Shown: positions 1 through 10,087 of the stretch, piece after piece
Numbering within the stretch: position 1 is the stretch's first letter
How the letters are laid out: the number at the start of each line of letters is the position of its first letter
From: a virus
IMG/VR virus record: IMGVR_UViG_3300000970_000005
Span: 1-36,482 of that record
Strand: one strand, 5' to 3'
DNA: 36,482 nucleotides
Notes under the pieces: generated by a model
Database searches by the model: none
What the model was told of the DNA's origin: nothing
The model's input: only the letters and a program-made list of their open reading frames with translations
Translations under genes and position numbers: made by a program

Positions 1-47
1 CTGGTGCGGCGGCTGGTGCTGGTTCTGGTGCGGCGGCTGGTGCTGGT
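1..47. repeat. 47-nt terminal overlap identical to 36436..36482, marking the circular closure or assembly junction
   Basis: Direct comparison shows positions 1-47 (CTGGTGCGGCGGCTGGTGCTGGTTCTGGTGCGGCGGCTGGTGCTGGT) equal 36436-36482. The overlap is in frame within a CDS and is built from GCGGCGGCTGGT 12-mers. Confidence 0.9.
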
Positions 48-482
48 CTTTCAACGATTTCCACGGCAGCAACAGTGATCGGTGGTTTGTCCTCAATCAT
101 GTCTGGCGTGATGTCTGGAAATGCAAAGGCAAGCGCGGCGGTTCAGGAAGACACACAAGCTGTTCAAGAAACACTTCAAGGCAAACAGGACGCACTGACT
201 TCTTTGCGTGCGCTCAACCAAGACAGCGCGCAAATTCTAAGCGCCGGGTTCGCTTCAGGGATTGGCGGTGAAGGATCGGTTGCAACAGCGCAAGAAGAGG
301 CAAGCCGGATCGCGGATCAGAACTTTACAATGTCGCGGACGGACGCGGCTCTGAAAGCATCCGCGCGGCGTGGTCAAGCTGATCAATATCGCAAGGATGC
401 GCGTGGTTCCCGATGGGGTGGCTTGTTCCGCGCTGCGTCTGGCGGTTTGGAACTCTATCAACGTCGCGAGGTTCGGGGATAA
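3..482 (+). CDS. C-terminal part of a small internal virion (ejection-type) protein whose ATG is at 36384. The gene spans the circular junction and is about 177 aa once the overlap is removed.
   Basis: The reading frame is open from position 3 and in phase with the ORF at 36384..36482 across the 47-nt overlap. The listed ORF start at 75 is only an internal GTG. The product has a Gly/Ala-rich hydrophobic N-terminus and sits directly after tail tubular B, as T7 gp13/gp14 do. Confidence 0.6.
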   Translation, partial: GAAAGAGSGAAAGAGLSTISTAATVIGGLSSIMSGVMSGNAKASAAVQEDTQAVQETLQGKQDALTSLRALNQDSAQILSAGFASGIGGEGSVATAQEEASRIADQNFTMSRTDAALKASARRGQADQYRKDARGSRWGGLFRAASGGLELYQRREVRG

Positions 483-2659
483 TGGCAAGCGGATCAACAC
501 CGCGCGGTGTTCAGCGTGAAGTTAGAAGTCAAAATTCAGCGGGTGTAACCCCGCCATCATCCATCCCACGCATCCAATTTTCAAGCGGCATGGCAAAGGC
601 ATGGCAAGATTTCTCTATGGAAGCCTTCAAGGTTTCCAGACAAGCTGAAGATCGGTTAGATGATCAAGCTGTTGCAGAAGCGACAGTAGAAGGCGCAACA
701 GCCGGGGCGTCTGGCACATTTGAAGCGCGTGAATATGATACAATTCGCGGCCGGGCGTTCAATCAAGCCGGGATTGAAACCTTCATCACAACTATGGAAA
801 CGCGAACGATCTTAGCAATGGCTGAAATTGCTAAGAAGCACGGATCAAATCCGGCCGAATTAAAGGCGGCGGCGGATGCCTATCATGAAGGCGCGGCGGC
901 TGAGATTGACAAGGTTTCACCGGGCGCGGGTGCATTATATCGAAAGAACGCGGCAACCAGAACAATCCCGATGGTTGCGCGTGCAGAAGATGCCGCTTTC
1001 CAAATGACGCGCGAAGCGGCTGATGCTGCGATTATTGAAAACAGCGCGGCGATCCGGGCTGAAGTTGCAGTTCATGCTGGTGACTTGTTTTCCGATAATC
1101 CGGCGCGATCCCAAGCAGCAGCAAACGCAATCGGAATGTTGGGTTCTCAGATTATGCAAGTATACAACGCGGTGGACCCAACAACCGGAAAACCGCTTTA
1201 CTCGCCAACGGAACGGGCGAAGGCTTACAAGGAATTCCGGGAACGCATCTTCACAGATGCAACAATGTCTTGGTTTGATGGCCAAGATGATAAGGGCGCA
1301 GCTTATCAAAGTTTCATTGAAGGTGATTTTCAATTTGAAATTGATGTGACCCCGGCGGATGTTCCGATCATTGACAAGACAGGCGGGAAGATCAGGGATA
1401 AAGCGATCACGCCAAAAGTACGCAATCGTTTATCAGCGGCCGTTGTCGCCACAGACCCGTCATTGTCTGTCATTCTGTTGTCAGGTGGGCAAGACCCAAA
1501 AGGCATAGGTGCAAAGCGTACCGGATCAACGCGCCATGATCATGGAAATGCATCTGATATTGTTCTTGTTCGTGATGGGAAACCTGTGACACCAGCACAA
1601 GACCCGGAACTATATGCGCGGTTTCTTGAGAATGCCGCTTCCGCCGGGTTCACTGGCATTGGTCATTATCCTTGGGGAATTCATGTTGGTGGGGGAACTG
1701 TTGCCGCATGGGGACCAGACAAGACTTCTAAGACATTGAACACTGAATTCGGTTTGGCGATTGCGCGCGGCCGTAGGAACCCAATGGGTAATGTCGATGG
1801 GAAACAAAAAGTTGATATGCGAACGGCCATCTCTGAAGAAAAAATGGCCGAACTTGAAAGTCAAATGCGCGCGCGCATCACCTTCAGTAATACGCAAGCG
1901 GATCGTGCGGATCGCTTGGAGCAAGAAGAACTTGCTGAAACACATGACATTGGGTTTACCGTCCTAACGAATTCCTATCTTAATCCAGATGATCCGGGAT
2001 CGGAACCGTTGTCCACTCAAATGATCAATCGAATGTTGAAAGAAGATCAGATCAGCATGGCGCACGCGCGCAAGGCTCTTGAATGGCTTAAAGCAGAACC
2101 GCCGGAAGCCTCTGATCGTGGTACATATCAATATTTGGAACAGAAGATTTACAACGGCGAAGACGTCCAAGAAGAAATCTTTAGTTACCGTGAGCGATTG
2201 ACGCGATCAGATATGTCAACGCTTCTACAGAAAAACAGAAGCATTGCGCAAACGGAAGACACCATGTCGGAAGAGGAACGCGGGTATCTTTCAATGATCC
2301 GTCAAACGGTCGCGCCGGAAGGTCTCTTGTCCCAATTGGATCAAGGTGCATCCATGCGCGCTTACAATGCGCAAGATGAATTTCGCAAGAGGATTGCGGA
2401 AGGTGAAAATCCGGCGGATGTTGCGCGGAATATCGTGGATCGTGCGCAGCGTGAAACCATCAATAGGGAACAAGCTAGGACACAAAAACTTCTTGTCCCA
2501 AGGTTTGCAACAGTGGATGAATTCGGTCGGATAGATGTCCGGGCAACGGCCGCAAGTCTTCAGGCGGAAAAAGATGCGGGAAACATTTCCCTTGCTGCGT
2601 ATGCACGGCAACGGAAACTGATTGTTCAGTGGGCGGAAGCACAAAGGGAACTTGAATAA
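482..2659 (+). CDS. Internal virion protein with an LAS/M15-type zinc peptidoglycan peptidase domain
   Basis: The ATG at 482 overlaps the upstream TAA (TAATG). TRHDHGNASD fits the LAS metallopeptidase motif SxHxxGxAxD (S replaced by T), and GIGHYPWGIHVGGG supplies the second His. The rest is long and helical. Position matches T7 gp15/gp16. Confidence 0.75.
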   Translation: MASGSTPRGVQREVRSQNSAGVTPPSSIPRIQFSSGMAKAWQDFSMEAFKVSRQAEDRLDDQAVAEATVEGATAGASGTFEAREYDTIRGRAFNQAGIETFITTMETRTILAMAEIAKKHGSNPAELKAAADAYHEGAAAEIDKVSPGAGALYRKNAATRTIPMVARAEDAAFQMTREAADAAIIENSAAIRAEVAVHAGDLFSDNPARSQAAANAIGMLGSQIMQVYNAVDPTTGKPLYSPTERAKAYKEFRERIFTDATMSWFDGQDDKGAAYQSFIEGDFQFEIDVTPADVPIIDKTGGKIRDKAITPKVRNRLSAAVVATDPSLSVILLSGGQDPKGIGAKRTGSTRHDHGNASDIVLVRDGKPVTPAQDPELYARFLENAASAGFTGIGHYPWGIHVGGGTVAAWGPDKTSKTLNTEFGLAIARGRRNPMGNVDGKQKVDMRTAISEEKMAELESQMRARITFSNTQADRADRLEQEELAETHDIGFTVLTNSYLNPDDPGSEPLSTQMINRMLKEDQISMAHARKALEWLKAEPPEASDRGTYQYLEQKIYNGEDVQEEIFSYRERLTRSDMSTLLQKNRSIAQTEDTMSEEERGYLSMIRQTVAPEGLLSQLDQGASMRAYNAQDEFRKRIAEGENPADVARNIVDRAQRETINREQARTQKLLVPRFATVDEFGRIDVRATAASLQAEKDAGNISLAAYARQRKLIVQWAEAQRELE

Positions 2660-5600
2660 ATGAGTGATTACGAAACTGGAAAAATCGTTATTGAAGCGCC
2701 GCGTCCTGAAGAGGATGCGGCTTCATCATATGCGGAAACAGTTGAGGCGCGGATGGTTTCTGAAGAAGAAGCTGCGTTTCAAAGTCTGCTATCAGACCCC
2801 GCGAACAAATCAGAAAAGCCATCACCTTCCAAGCCTTCAGCGTCAAAGCCTTCACCACAAGAAGCCGATGATAATGGTTGGATTGATACGGTCAAAGGCG
2901 CGTTCTCTGATCTTGGTCAAGGCGTTATTGAAGCGCCCGGTCAAGTTGCTGGTGGGATCGCTGATGCGTTCGATGAAGCCGGGCAGTTCCTAGGGGAAGC
3001 AACCGGGATCGGGGGTTTTCAGTTCACCAATGATGAAGGTGAATTTGAATTCGATTATCTCAATTTTGAAGAATGGGAAGCGGCCGGAAAGCAAGATAGT
3101 TTGACGGGTCTTTTCAAAACTGATCCGGCGGACACCAAGACAGGATCATTCATCCGCGCAACGTCACAGTTTTTGACAGGCTTCATCCCTGCCATGAAGG
3201 GCGCAAAAGCGGCCGGGATTGGGAATAATGTGTTGCGCGCAATGTCCGCCGGGGCGGTTGCTGATGCTGTTGTTTTTGATCCGCATGAAGCCAGGCTTTC
3301 AACGTTCTTGAACGAAATACCCGCCCTTGATCCGTTTGTGTCGGATTATTTCGCGGACAATAATCCCGAAAATGAAAGTTCTTGGGAAGGTCGATTGAAG
3401 AACGTGGTGGAAGGTGCAGGGCTTGGCTTGGCGGCTGATGGAACGGCGGCTCTGTTCCGGGCGTTCAAGTATTACAAGGCGCAACGTAACACCATGGCAA
3501 GCCTTGCACCGGACGCTGCGCCGGGTGCGCAACGTGAAGCGGCGAAGGACTTGATTGATGACGCCGCGCGCAATGAACTGGTTCAGGATGTACCGGATGA
3601 AGCCTTGCGGCCGTTGGGTGATCCTGATGGTGATCTTCTGATCTGGGAAGATGGTCCGTCTTCAAAAATGGAAGAGGCTTTGGAACAAGCGGGACAGCGC
3701 GCGGCGGCAAGCCCGGCGGGTCCGCCACAGAAAAGCATCAAGATCAATCACGCTCGTATCCAATCCGGTGATGACGTGAAAGCCATGATTGAAGATTTGG
3801 CGCAGCGTGATGCACCAGCGATCAAAAAGAAGACACGCGGCAAGGTTTCCAATGAGCAGACCATCCGGGAAAGTTCTCAGGAATATCGTGATCTTGATGA
3901 TCTGATTGGGCGTCCGCCGGGTCCGATGACAGCGGCACAAGCTACCGCCGCACGCCGCTTGTTAACAGCTTCAGGTGAACAGATTGCTGATCTGGCAAAA
4001 CGTGCGGCCGCGCCGGATGCGTCAAAGGCGGACATCTATAACTTCCGCCGGGCAATGAGTGTTCACTATGCAATACAGTCTGAAGTGATCGCAGCGCGGA
4101 CAGAAACCGCGCGAGCGCTTCAAGCATGGTCTATCCCGGCCGGGTCCACAAAAGCGCGATCCCAAGCGATCAATGACCTAATCACACAATCCGGCGGCGC
4201 TGGTGATCTTCAGTCATTGGCAAAGGCGGTGGCGTCTGTGGGTGAAAACCCGGCGGCTTTGAATACAATGGCGCGGGAACTTGGAAAGGGGAAGTTCGGT
4301 CGCGCGCTCTATCAAGTGTGGATCAACGGAATTCTGTCATCACCCAAAACGCACGCGGTTAACATCATGTCAAATGCAATGGTGTCAATCTATTCCATTC
4401 CTGAAAGGTACATGGCGGCGGGAATTTCCAAAGCGTTTTACAACGGCGAAGTCACTACAGGTGAAGCGGCGGCGCAGGTATTCGGCTTGATGAAGGGCGC
4501 ACGGGATGGGTTGCGTTTGATCTGGCACGGGAACAAAGCGGAAGGAATGGACGGGATCGGGGATGTCTTTGATGCGTTTGCGAAACAAGAAATCCACGTC
4601 AGTGACATTTCGTCCGAAGCGTTTGGCTTGAAGCCCGGCGGTGTTGTGGGTCAAGGCTTGGATTATCTGGGCAAGATCGTAAACATCCCCGGTTCATTGC
4701 TGGCTCAGGAAGACAAGTTCTTCAAGTCCATCGGATACCGAATGGAACTTCATTCACTGGCACACCGAACGGCCGCATCGGAAGGGCTTGAAGGTGAAGC
4801 GATGGCAAAGCGTATCGCGGACATCCTGTCTGATCCACCATCAAGCCTGAAGGCTGAAGCAATGGATGTTGCGCACTACAACACGTTCACCAATGAATTG
4901 GGCAAGATCGGGAACAAGTTCACGCAAGGCGTCAATGCGATCCCCGGCGCGCGGCTGGTGGTTCCGTTCATCAGGACACCAACAAACATCATCAAGTACA
5001 CGTTTGCGCGGACGCCTCTTGCTTATATGTCGGGGGCAATCCGGGCGGACATTAAAGCGGGTGGCGCACGTGCTGCGCAAGCACATGCACGGGTGGCGCT
5101 TGGTTCCATGATGATGATGACCGTGGCGGATATGACCATGGAAGAAACGATCACCGGGCGCGGTCCTACTGATGCGCGGATGCGGAAGGTCAAAATGGAT
5201 ACGGGATGGATGCCGTATTCAGTTAAGGTTGGTGATCGGTGGTATCAGTACAGCCGAACCGATCCCATCGGAATGATCATGGGGATCGGGGCGGACATGG
5301 CTGAATTGATGTCAAACGCCAACAATGAAGAGGCGGAATTCATGGTCACGGCCGGGGTTCTGGCGTTGGCAAACAACCTTGCAAACAAAACCTATATGAC
5401 CGGAATTTATGACTTCATCGGGGCGATTGATCCAAATAACCCCACAAATGATCCCGGCCGATACTTGGCAGATTTTGCTGGATCAATGGTTCCATTTTCA
5501 TCCTTCTTGCGCAATGTCGCATCAACGGCCGATCCTATAGCGCGCGAAACGCGAACCGCCATCTATGATCAGGAAGGCGATGAAGACCCGGTTGCCGCTT

Positions 5601-6100
5601 ATGTGGAAGGCTTGATTGCGGATGTCCGTGCGCAAATACCGGGGATGGGTCAAGACCTTCCACCCCGGCGTGATCTATTCGGGGAAGAAATAAACCGGGC
5701 TTCAGGTCTTGGTTGGGGGTATGATTTCATTTCACCCTTGTCTTCAAGGGTGGATGATCCTGACCCTGTGACATCTGTGATATTGGACAATCAGATCACA
5801 ATTTCAAACCCGCCAAGATCAATCAACGGTGTCAGTTTGAACGCGGAAGAATATTCCGAATTCACCCGGATCGCAGGTCAACCATTGAAAAAGCATCTTG
5901 ATCAATTGGTGAAGTCACCAGCTTTCAAAAGAATGTCAGGTGGTCCAGATGGCATGAAGTCTCAAATGATCAAAGATGCGGTGCGCATGTTCCGCGATAG
6001 CGCCAAGGCTCAAATGATGCGGGATTATCCGCGCCTTCAAGAACTTTATCAATTGCGCGAACTTGAACGCGCCAGAACACTGCAAGGGGATGAACAATGA
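2660..6100 (+). CDS. Large internal virion / ejectosome protein (1146 aa)
   Basis: The ATG abuts the upstream stop. Size and position match the largest core protein of T7-type podoviruses. An N-terminal 15-nt x3 imperfect tandem (2816-2860) encodes KPSPS/KPSAS/KPSPQ. Confidence 0.7.
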   Translation: MSDYETGKIVIEAPRPEEDAASSYAETVEARMVSEEEAAFQSLLSDPANKSEKPSPSKPSASKPSPQEADDNGWIDTVKGAFSDLGQGVIEAPGQVAGGIADAFDEAGQFLGEATGIGGFQFTNDEGEFEFDYLNFEEWEAAGKQDSLTGLFKTDPADTKTGSFIRATSQFLTGFIPAMKGAKAAGIGNNVLRAMSAGAVADAVVFDPHEARLSTFLNEIPALDPFVSDYFADNNPENESSWEGRLKNVVEGAGLGLAADGTAALFRAFKYYKAQRNTMASLAPDAAPGAQREAAKDLIDDAARNELVQDVPDEALRPLGDPDGDLLIWEDGPSSKMEEALEQAGQRAAASPAGPPQKSIKINHARIQSGDDVKAMIEDLAQRDAPAIKKKTRGKVSNEQTIRESSQEYRDLDDLIGRPPGPMTAAQATAARRLLTASGEQIADLAKRAAAPDASKADIYNFRRAMSVHYAIQSEVIAARTETARALQAWSIPAGSTKARSQAINDLITQSGGAGDLQSLAKAVASVGENPAALNTMARELGKGKFGRALYQVWINGILSSPKTHAVNIMSNAMVSIYSIPERYMAAGISKAFYNGEVTTGEAAAQVFGLMKGARDGLRLIWHGNKAEGMDGIGDVFDAFAKQEIHVSDISSEAFGLKPGGVVGQGLDYLGKIVNIPGSLLAQEDKFFKSIGYRMELHSLAHRTAASEGLEGEAMAKRIADILSDPPSSLKAEAMDVAHYNTFTNELGKIGNKFTQGVNAIPGARLVVPFIRTPTNIIKYTFARTPLAYMSGAIRADIKAGGARAAQAHARVALGSMMMMTVADMTMEETITGRGPTDARMRKVKMDTGWMPYSVKVGDRWYQYSRTDPIGMIMGIGADMAELMSNANNEEAEFMVTAGVLALANNLANKTYMTGIYDFIGAIDPNNPTNDPGRYLADFAGSMVPFSSFLRNVASTADPIARETRTAIYDQEGDEDPVAAYVEGLIADVRAQIPGMGQDLPPRRDLFGEEINRASGLGWGYDFISPLSSRVDDPDPVTSVILDNQITISNPPRSINGVSLNAEEYSEFTRIAGQPLKKHLDQLVKSPAFKRMSGGPDGMKSQMIKDAVRMFRDSAKAQMMRDYPRLQELYQLRELERARTLQGDEQ

Positions 6101-8862
6101 CCGATGTTCCGGTGAATGAAAATGATGGCATTGTCACAGTAACGGCAACATCAAACGGACAAACAGAATTCGATTTTGATTTTCTGGTTTTTAGTTCCGC
6201 TTGGGTCAAAGCAATCTTCACAGAAGTTTCTACAGGCGATGTGACAACGCTAGAACTGAACACACAGTTCAGCGTTTCTGGTGTTGGTCAAGCAAATGGC
6301 GGAACTGTCACGTTGATCGGATTGGATGTTTCGGTTGGTGATCAGCTTATCATTTATCGCGATGTACCAATTCAAAGGATTTCAGACTTTCAACAGTCTG
6401 GTGATTTCTTCGCAAACACTGTGAACACGGAAGAAGATGTTCAAACTTTGATCATGCAAGACTTGCGCCGTGAAGTTGATCGCGCGGTGAAGTTTGGATT
6501 GGATGTTCTTGCCCCATCCTTTTCAGCACAACCCGGACAAGTCTTGGTTGTCTCTTCTGATGGTCAAGGTGTCGTGGGACAGGCGGCGGTTCCGGGTACA
6601 ATTGAAGGGTTCTATACCGCACGCAATGCAGACAACGCACAAGCGGCGGCTGCGCTTGCTGATGGTCTTGTCATTGGCATGGGTGGCAGAACGTACCGTG
6701 TGGACAGTAGCGCTACGGGAACAGCTTCAGCAACGGCTGATCTTGGCGTTGATGGTTTGGTTTACGCGGCCGCACCCACGTTCTTGAATAGAGCGTCTTT
6801 TGTCGCGGATAGCTTGCCATCATATCCGGTTGATCAGATTGTGATTGCTGAAAAGGAAGCATACGCTTTCAAGGCGGTTGCAAATGATGCGGTGGATTTC
6901 GACATCCAGACATCAGGCGGCGCACGCTTCAAGTTTGTTCCCACAAGTCACATTCCATTGGATGCGTTTGGTTTTGGCTTGGGTGCGACCCCGGCTGAAA
7001 ACACAGCCGCATATAACAAGGCGGTCGCGCGTGCGATTGAAACAGGAACACGCACCATAGTATTTCCGGCAACGCCCAACATAGAACCGATCTATGTGAA
7101 CAAGTTGGAACTTCCCACATTCACGGAAGATGATCCACTTCAAGAACCAGATCGTGACATCAAGATAATCGGACAAGGTGAATTGCGAACGTGGATCGCG
7201 CTTCCTGATGATGATCAAGTTTCTGATTATGTGATCGGACATGGTTCATCAGCTTTGACCGATCGCGCGCAAAATACGTTGCTTCAAGTTCGTGACATGA
7301 GAATAACCCGAACGGGTGCAAAGGATGTGGACAAGCCTGTTTGTCTTTTGGATAATTCATGGGCGGCGCTGATTGAAAATGTTCTTGCATATGGCAACAA
7401 CGGCGGTGACACCTTTCAAGTCCATTCCCGGAAAAGAGGCGGCGCGCAAAGTATCGTATTCAATCGGGTGCGTGATCTGAAAGATCGCCTTTGGGAAAAA
7501 TATACTTCAGAAACAGAATATGATATTTCGAAACTTCGCCGGATTATGTCGCGCTACCTGATCGGTGCTCATGGTTACTGGGCGGAAACCGGAAAAGCCA
7601 ACAATATCGTTGCCACAGATTGCGAAGTCTATCTTCATTGGATGGGCTTGATGGATACACTTCCATTGGAAGGCGCAACGCCGCCTGATTATGACAGCGC
7701 GATATTTCCGAATGGCGGCGGTGCAGATTGGGCGCGTTTGCGGGATTGCTTTGCTGGTTTTGAGGCGTCAACAAAAATTGAAACAGGTGTGTTCGATGGT
7801 GTGTTGAGCCAATTTCAATTTGATCTGGTTCAACGGACCACATTCACAGGCGATGGCGTCACTGAAATCAATGGGATCATTGTCCCAAACGGTGAAACTG
7901 TCATCACCCGTGGCGTCAACCGGAATAATGGGGATTATGTGGATTGCGTTTTGCGGGTCTTAAATCCGGCTGATGGGTATTGGTATTCCCGGCGCATCAC
8001 CTCTCACATCAACAGCATTGTGACGATTGAAACAGCGTTTCCGTTCACTGTGGTTTCAACGGATCAATATGAAATCGCAATGGCTGATGCACAACATTGG
8101 GCGGATAACGGACACCCCGGCATTCGGCCGCATTTGCTCAGGCATTCCAGCTTAGCATATCGCGCACACATCCGTGACAGTCGTGTTGAGGAAGGGATTT
8201 CATGCGTTCGGATGTCCTACGCTGGAACAGACAACATCACCATTGCCAACGTTGATGAATGGTCAACACGTCAAGAAGGGATGATGGTCTATGACAGCAC
8301 TGGTGAACGTCCTGATTACTGGTTCCCGTCAAACGCTGATGGACTTCAGCCTGTGGGCGCACGCGCGGCGAATGCTCACGCTATCCGCAGGACTTTGATG
8401 CTTGGTCAATCTGGTGATTTTTCTTCAGAAGTCCCAATTCAAGCGCAGAAGAAAGCGGCGCAAGGACAAGTGATCCCGTCTGGTGTTTGGGTGCGAGTTG
8501 CCAACAACCAAGAAGACCTTGAACTTCCCGTAAACAACACCAACGCAGGATGGACACAACACGCTTACGCTTGGAACCCAGCGGAACAGGAAGCGTGGGA
8601 TGATGAACCATGCTCAATTGTTGTCATTGGTTACATGCCTGTAAATGTTTGGCTTACTGCAAATCAGGAAGTGACCATTGGCGATGTGATCCGGTCTAGA
8701 ACATATGCTCTTTCTGGTGATGTTGGCGCAATTGTAGAGGATGCAAGTCTGACAACGTTCGCTGACAGCTTCAAAGTTCTTGGGCGAATTGAGGTCGATT
8801 TCACACAAGGCCCTACTGATGGTATAGCAAAGCTATGGGCAACAATTTCAATGTTCCACTAG
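6097..8862 (+). CDS. Tail fiber/spike with a T7 gp17-like N-terminal tail-attachment domain
   Basis: ATGA overlap with the upstream stop. The N-terminus (TEFDFDF..V.A......L..NTQFSV...G.VTL......GDQLIIYRDVPIQRISDFQQSGDFFANTVNTEEDVQ) follows the T7 tail-fiber N-terminal domain pattern. The remaining roughly 750 aa have no assignable fold. Confidence 0.75.
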   Translation: MTDVPVNENDGIVTVTATSNGQTEFDFDFLVFSSAWVKAIFTEVSTGDVTTLELNTQFSVSGVGQANGGTVTLIGLDVSVGDQLIIYRDVPIQRISDFQQSGDFFANTVNTEEDVQTLIMQDLRREVDRAVKFGLDVLAPSFSAQPGQVLVVSSDGQGVVGQAAVPGTIEGFYTARNADNAQAAAALADGLVIGMGGRTYRVDSSATGTASATADLGVDGLVYAAAPTFLNRASFVADSLPSYPVDQIVIAEKEAYAFKAVANDAVDFDIQTSGGARFKFVPTSHIPLDAFGFGLGATPAENTAAYNKAVARAIETGTRTIVFPATPNIEPIYVNKLELPTFTEDDPLQEPDRDIKIIGQGELRTWIALPDDDQVSDYVIGHGSSALTDRAQNTLLQVRDMRITRTGAKDVDKPVCLLDNSWAALIENVLAYGNNGGDTFQVHSRKRGGAQSIVFNRVRDLKDRLWEKYTSETEYDISKLRRIMSRYLIGAHGYWAETGKANNIVATDCEVYLHWMGLMDTLPLEGATPPDYDSAIFPNGGGADWARLRDCFAGFEASTKIETGVFDGVLSQFQFDLVQRTTFTGDGVTEINGIIVPNGETVITRGVNRNNGDYVDCVLRVLNPADGYWYSRRITSHINSIVTIETAFPFTVVSTDQYEIAMADAQHWADNGHPGIRPHLLRHSSLAYRAHIRDSRVEEGISCVRMSYAGTDNITIANVDEWSTRQEGMMVYDSTGERPDYWFPSNADGLQPVGARAANAHAIRRTLMLGQSGDFSSEVPIQAQKKAAQGQVIPSGVWVRVANNQEDLELPVNNTNAGWTQHAYAWNPAEQEAWDDEPCSIVVIGYMPVNVWLTANQEVTIGDVIRSRTYALSGDVGAIVEDASLTTFADSFKVLGRIEVDFTQGPTDGIAKLWATISMFH

Positions 8863-8875
8863 GAAGGACAGCAAC

Positions 8876-9727
8876 ATGACAAGAACACTTGCAATCGTGG
8901 TTGGTCACAACTCTGAACAACAAGGCGCGGTTCGGGGCGATACGGGTGAAACCGAATTTGTTTGGAACAGCGCTTTGGCGCGCATGATAGAAGATGCGGC
9001 GGCTGATTATGACATCAAAGTGAAGACGTTCTTCAGGACGCCGGGTCTTGGATATAAGCGCGAGATTGAACGTGTCTATGACCAAGTTGACTTGTGGAAC
9101 CCTTGGGCAAGTATTGAACTTCACTTCAATTCATTTGCCAAGGAAAGCGCGCGAGGCGCGGAAGTCTTATCAAGCGGAACTTCCCTTTCTTTGCGCCTTG
9201 CGGAAAGCGTCCAGCGTGAAACCGTTGCGGCTTTGGGTGTCCGGGATCGTGGGATCAAAACACGCGCTTCAGATGAACGTGGTGGGCGGTCATTGTTTGC
9301 AGGTAAATCACCAGCGATCTTGGTTGAACCATTCTTTGCATCATCGCCAATGGATCAACGGGCGACAGACGAACGTGATGAAAAGGCAGCGTTAGCTGAT
9401 GCCATACTTCGTGGTGCAGCGGAAGCGTTTGACAGTTTCCCACGAAAAGACTTGACGGAAAGTCGAACTATCACCGCCACAGCAAAGCAACGCCGGGCGC
9501 AAACAGCGGCGGTGCAAACAGGCACGGTTGCAACGCTGATTGCTATTGCCGTTCAAGCAAAAGAAAGCCTTGAACAAATTCCTTTGGTTGGACCGTTCGC
9601 GGAATATCTGCCATTGGCTTCCGCTATGCTCATGGTTCTTGTGGTTGTGCTTCAGGTTTATCAACGTTTCCAATCCGATCAGATTGATGAAGCGCGAATT
9701 GATGATCACGAAAAACAAATCCGATGA
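8876..9727 (+). CDS. N-acetylmuramoyl-L-alanine amidase (Amidase_3-like endolysin) with a hydrophobic C-terminal segment
   Basis: SD GGAAGGA lies upstream. Motifs LAIVVGHNSEQQGAV, SIELHFNSF...ARGAEVL and ILVEPFFASS match the Amidase_3 Zn-ligand layout. The C-terminus YLPLASAMLMVLVVVLQVY looks like a transmembrane segment. Confidence 0.75.
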   Translation: MTRTLAIVVGHNSEQQGAVRGDTGETEFVWNSALARMIEDAAADYDIKVKTFFRTPGLGYKREIERVYDQVDLWNPWASIELHFNSFAKESARGAEVLSSGTSLSLRLAESVQRETVAALGVRDRGIKTRASDERGGRSLFAGKSPAILVEPFFASSPMDQRATDERDEKAALADAILRGAAEAFDSFPRKDLTESRTITATAKQRRAQTAAVQTGTVATLIAIAVQAKESLEQIPLVGPFAEYLPLASAMLMVLVVVLQVYQRFQSDQIDEARIDDHEKQIR

Positions 9728-9936
9728 TCTTCTTGCGAAAACTCTGGCCCGTCATCATGGCGGGTCTTGGCCTTCTGGTGATCGTTCTTCTTGGACGCCA
9801 GAATGGAAAACTGAAACAGCGTCTTGAAGATGCGAACGGCCGGGCAACGGTCAAAGGGAGGATGTTGGATGCTACGGTTAACACTCGCCGCGATCATGGC
9901 GGTGTCATTGATAGGATGCGCGACGGTCGTTTCTGA
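9724..9936 (+). CDS. Small N-terminal-TM protein, candidate i-spanin (a holin role is not excluded)
   Basis: ATGA overlap with the amidase stop. The N-terminal TM is LWPVIMAGLGLLVIVLL, followed by a charged tail. It contains the start of the lipoprotein gene in another frame. Confidence 0.5.
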   Translation: MIFLRKLWPVIMAGLGLLVIVLLGRQNGKLKQRLEDANGRATVKGRMLDATVNTRRDHGGVIDRMRDGRF

Positions 9937-10087
9937 TACGTGTCCGTCATTGGTGGACTATACGCCTGAAGAACAAAATCAGGCAGCGGACGAACTGGAA
10001 AGCATTTCCCCAAGTTCATTGATCGCCCGGATGATTGGTGATTATGGAGTTCTTCGCGAACAAGTGAGGGCGTGCTATGAGCAATAG
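9869..10087 (+). CDS. Candidate o-spanin lipoprotein in an overlapped spanin architecture
   Basis: An internal ATG at 9869 is preceded by GGGAGG. MLRLTLAAIMAVSLIGC has a lipobox-like SLIGC. The product is short and periplasmic, and the gene starts inside 9724..9936 and extends beyond it. Confidence 0.6.
   Translation: MLRLTLAAIMAVSLIGCATVVSDTCPSLVDYTPEEQNQAADELESISPSSLIARMIGDYGVLREQVRACYEQ

Noticed and set aside
1-47. A genuine direct terminal repeat (DTR) of a T7-like linear genome
   Set aside because: The repeat is only 47 nt. It lies inside a coding frame that is continuous across the junction, and it is made of internal tandem units. An assembly or circularisation overlap is more likely. 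This needs read-end analysis to be certain.
413-481. Upstream extension of the 748-aa ORF (start at 413)
   Set aside because: It would overlap the preceding gene by 70 nt. The ATG at 482 forms the TAATG coupling junction used repeatedly in this genome.
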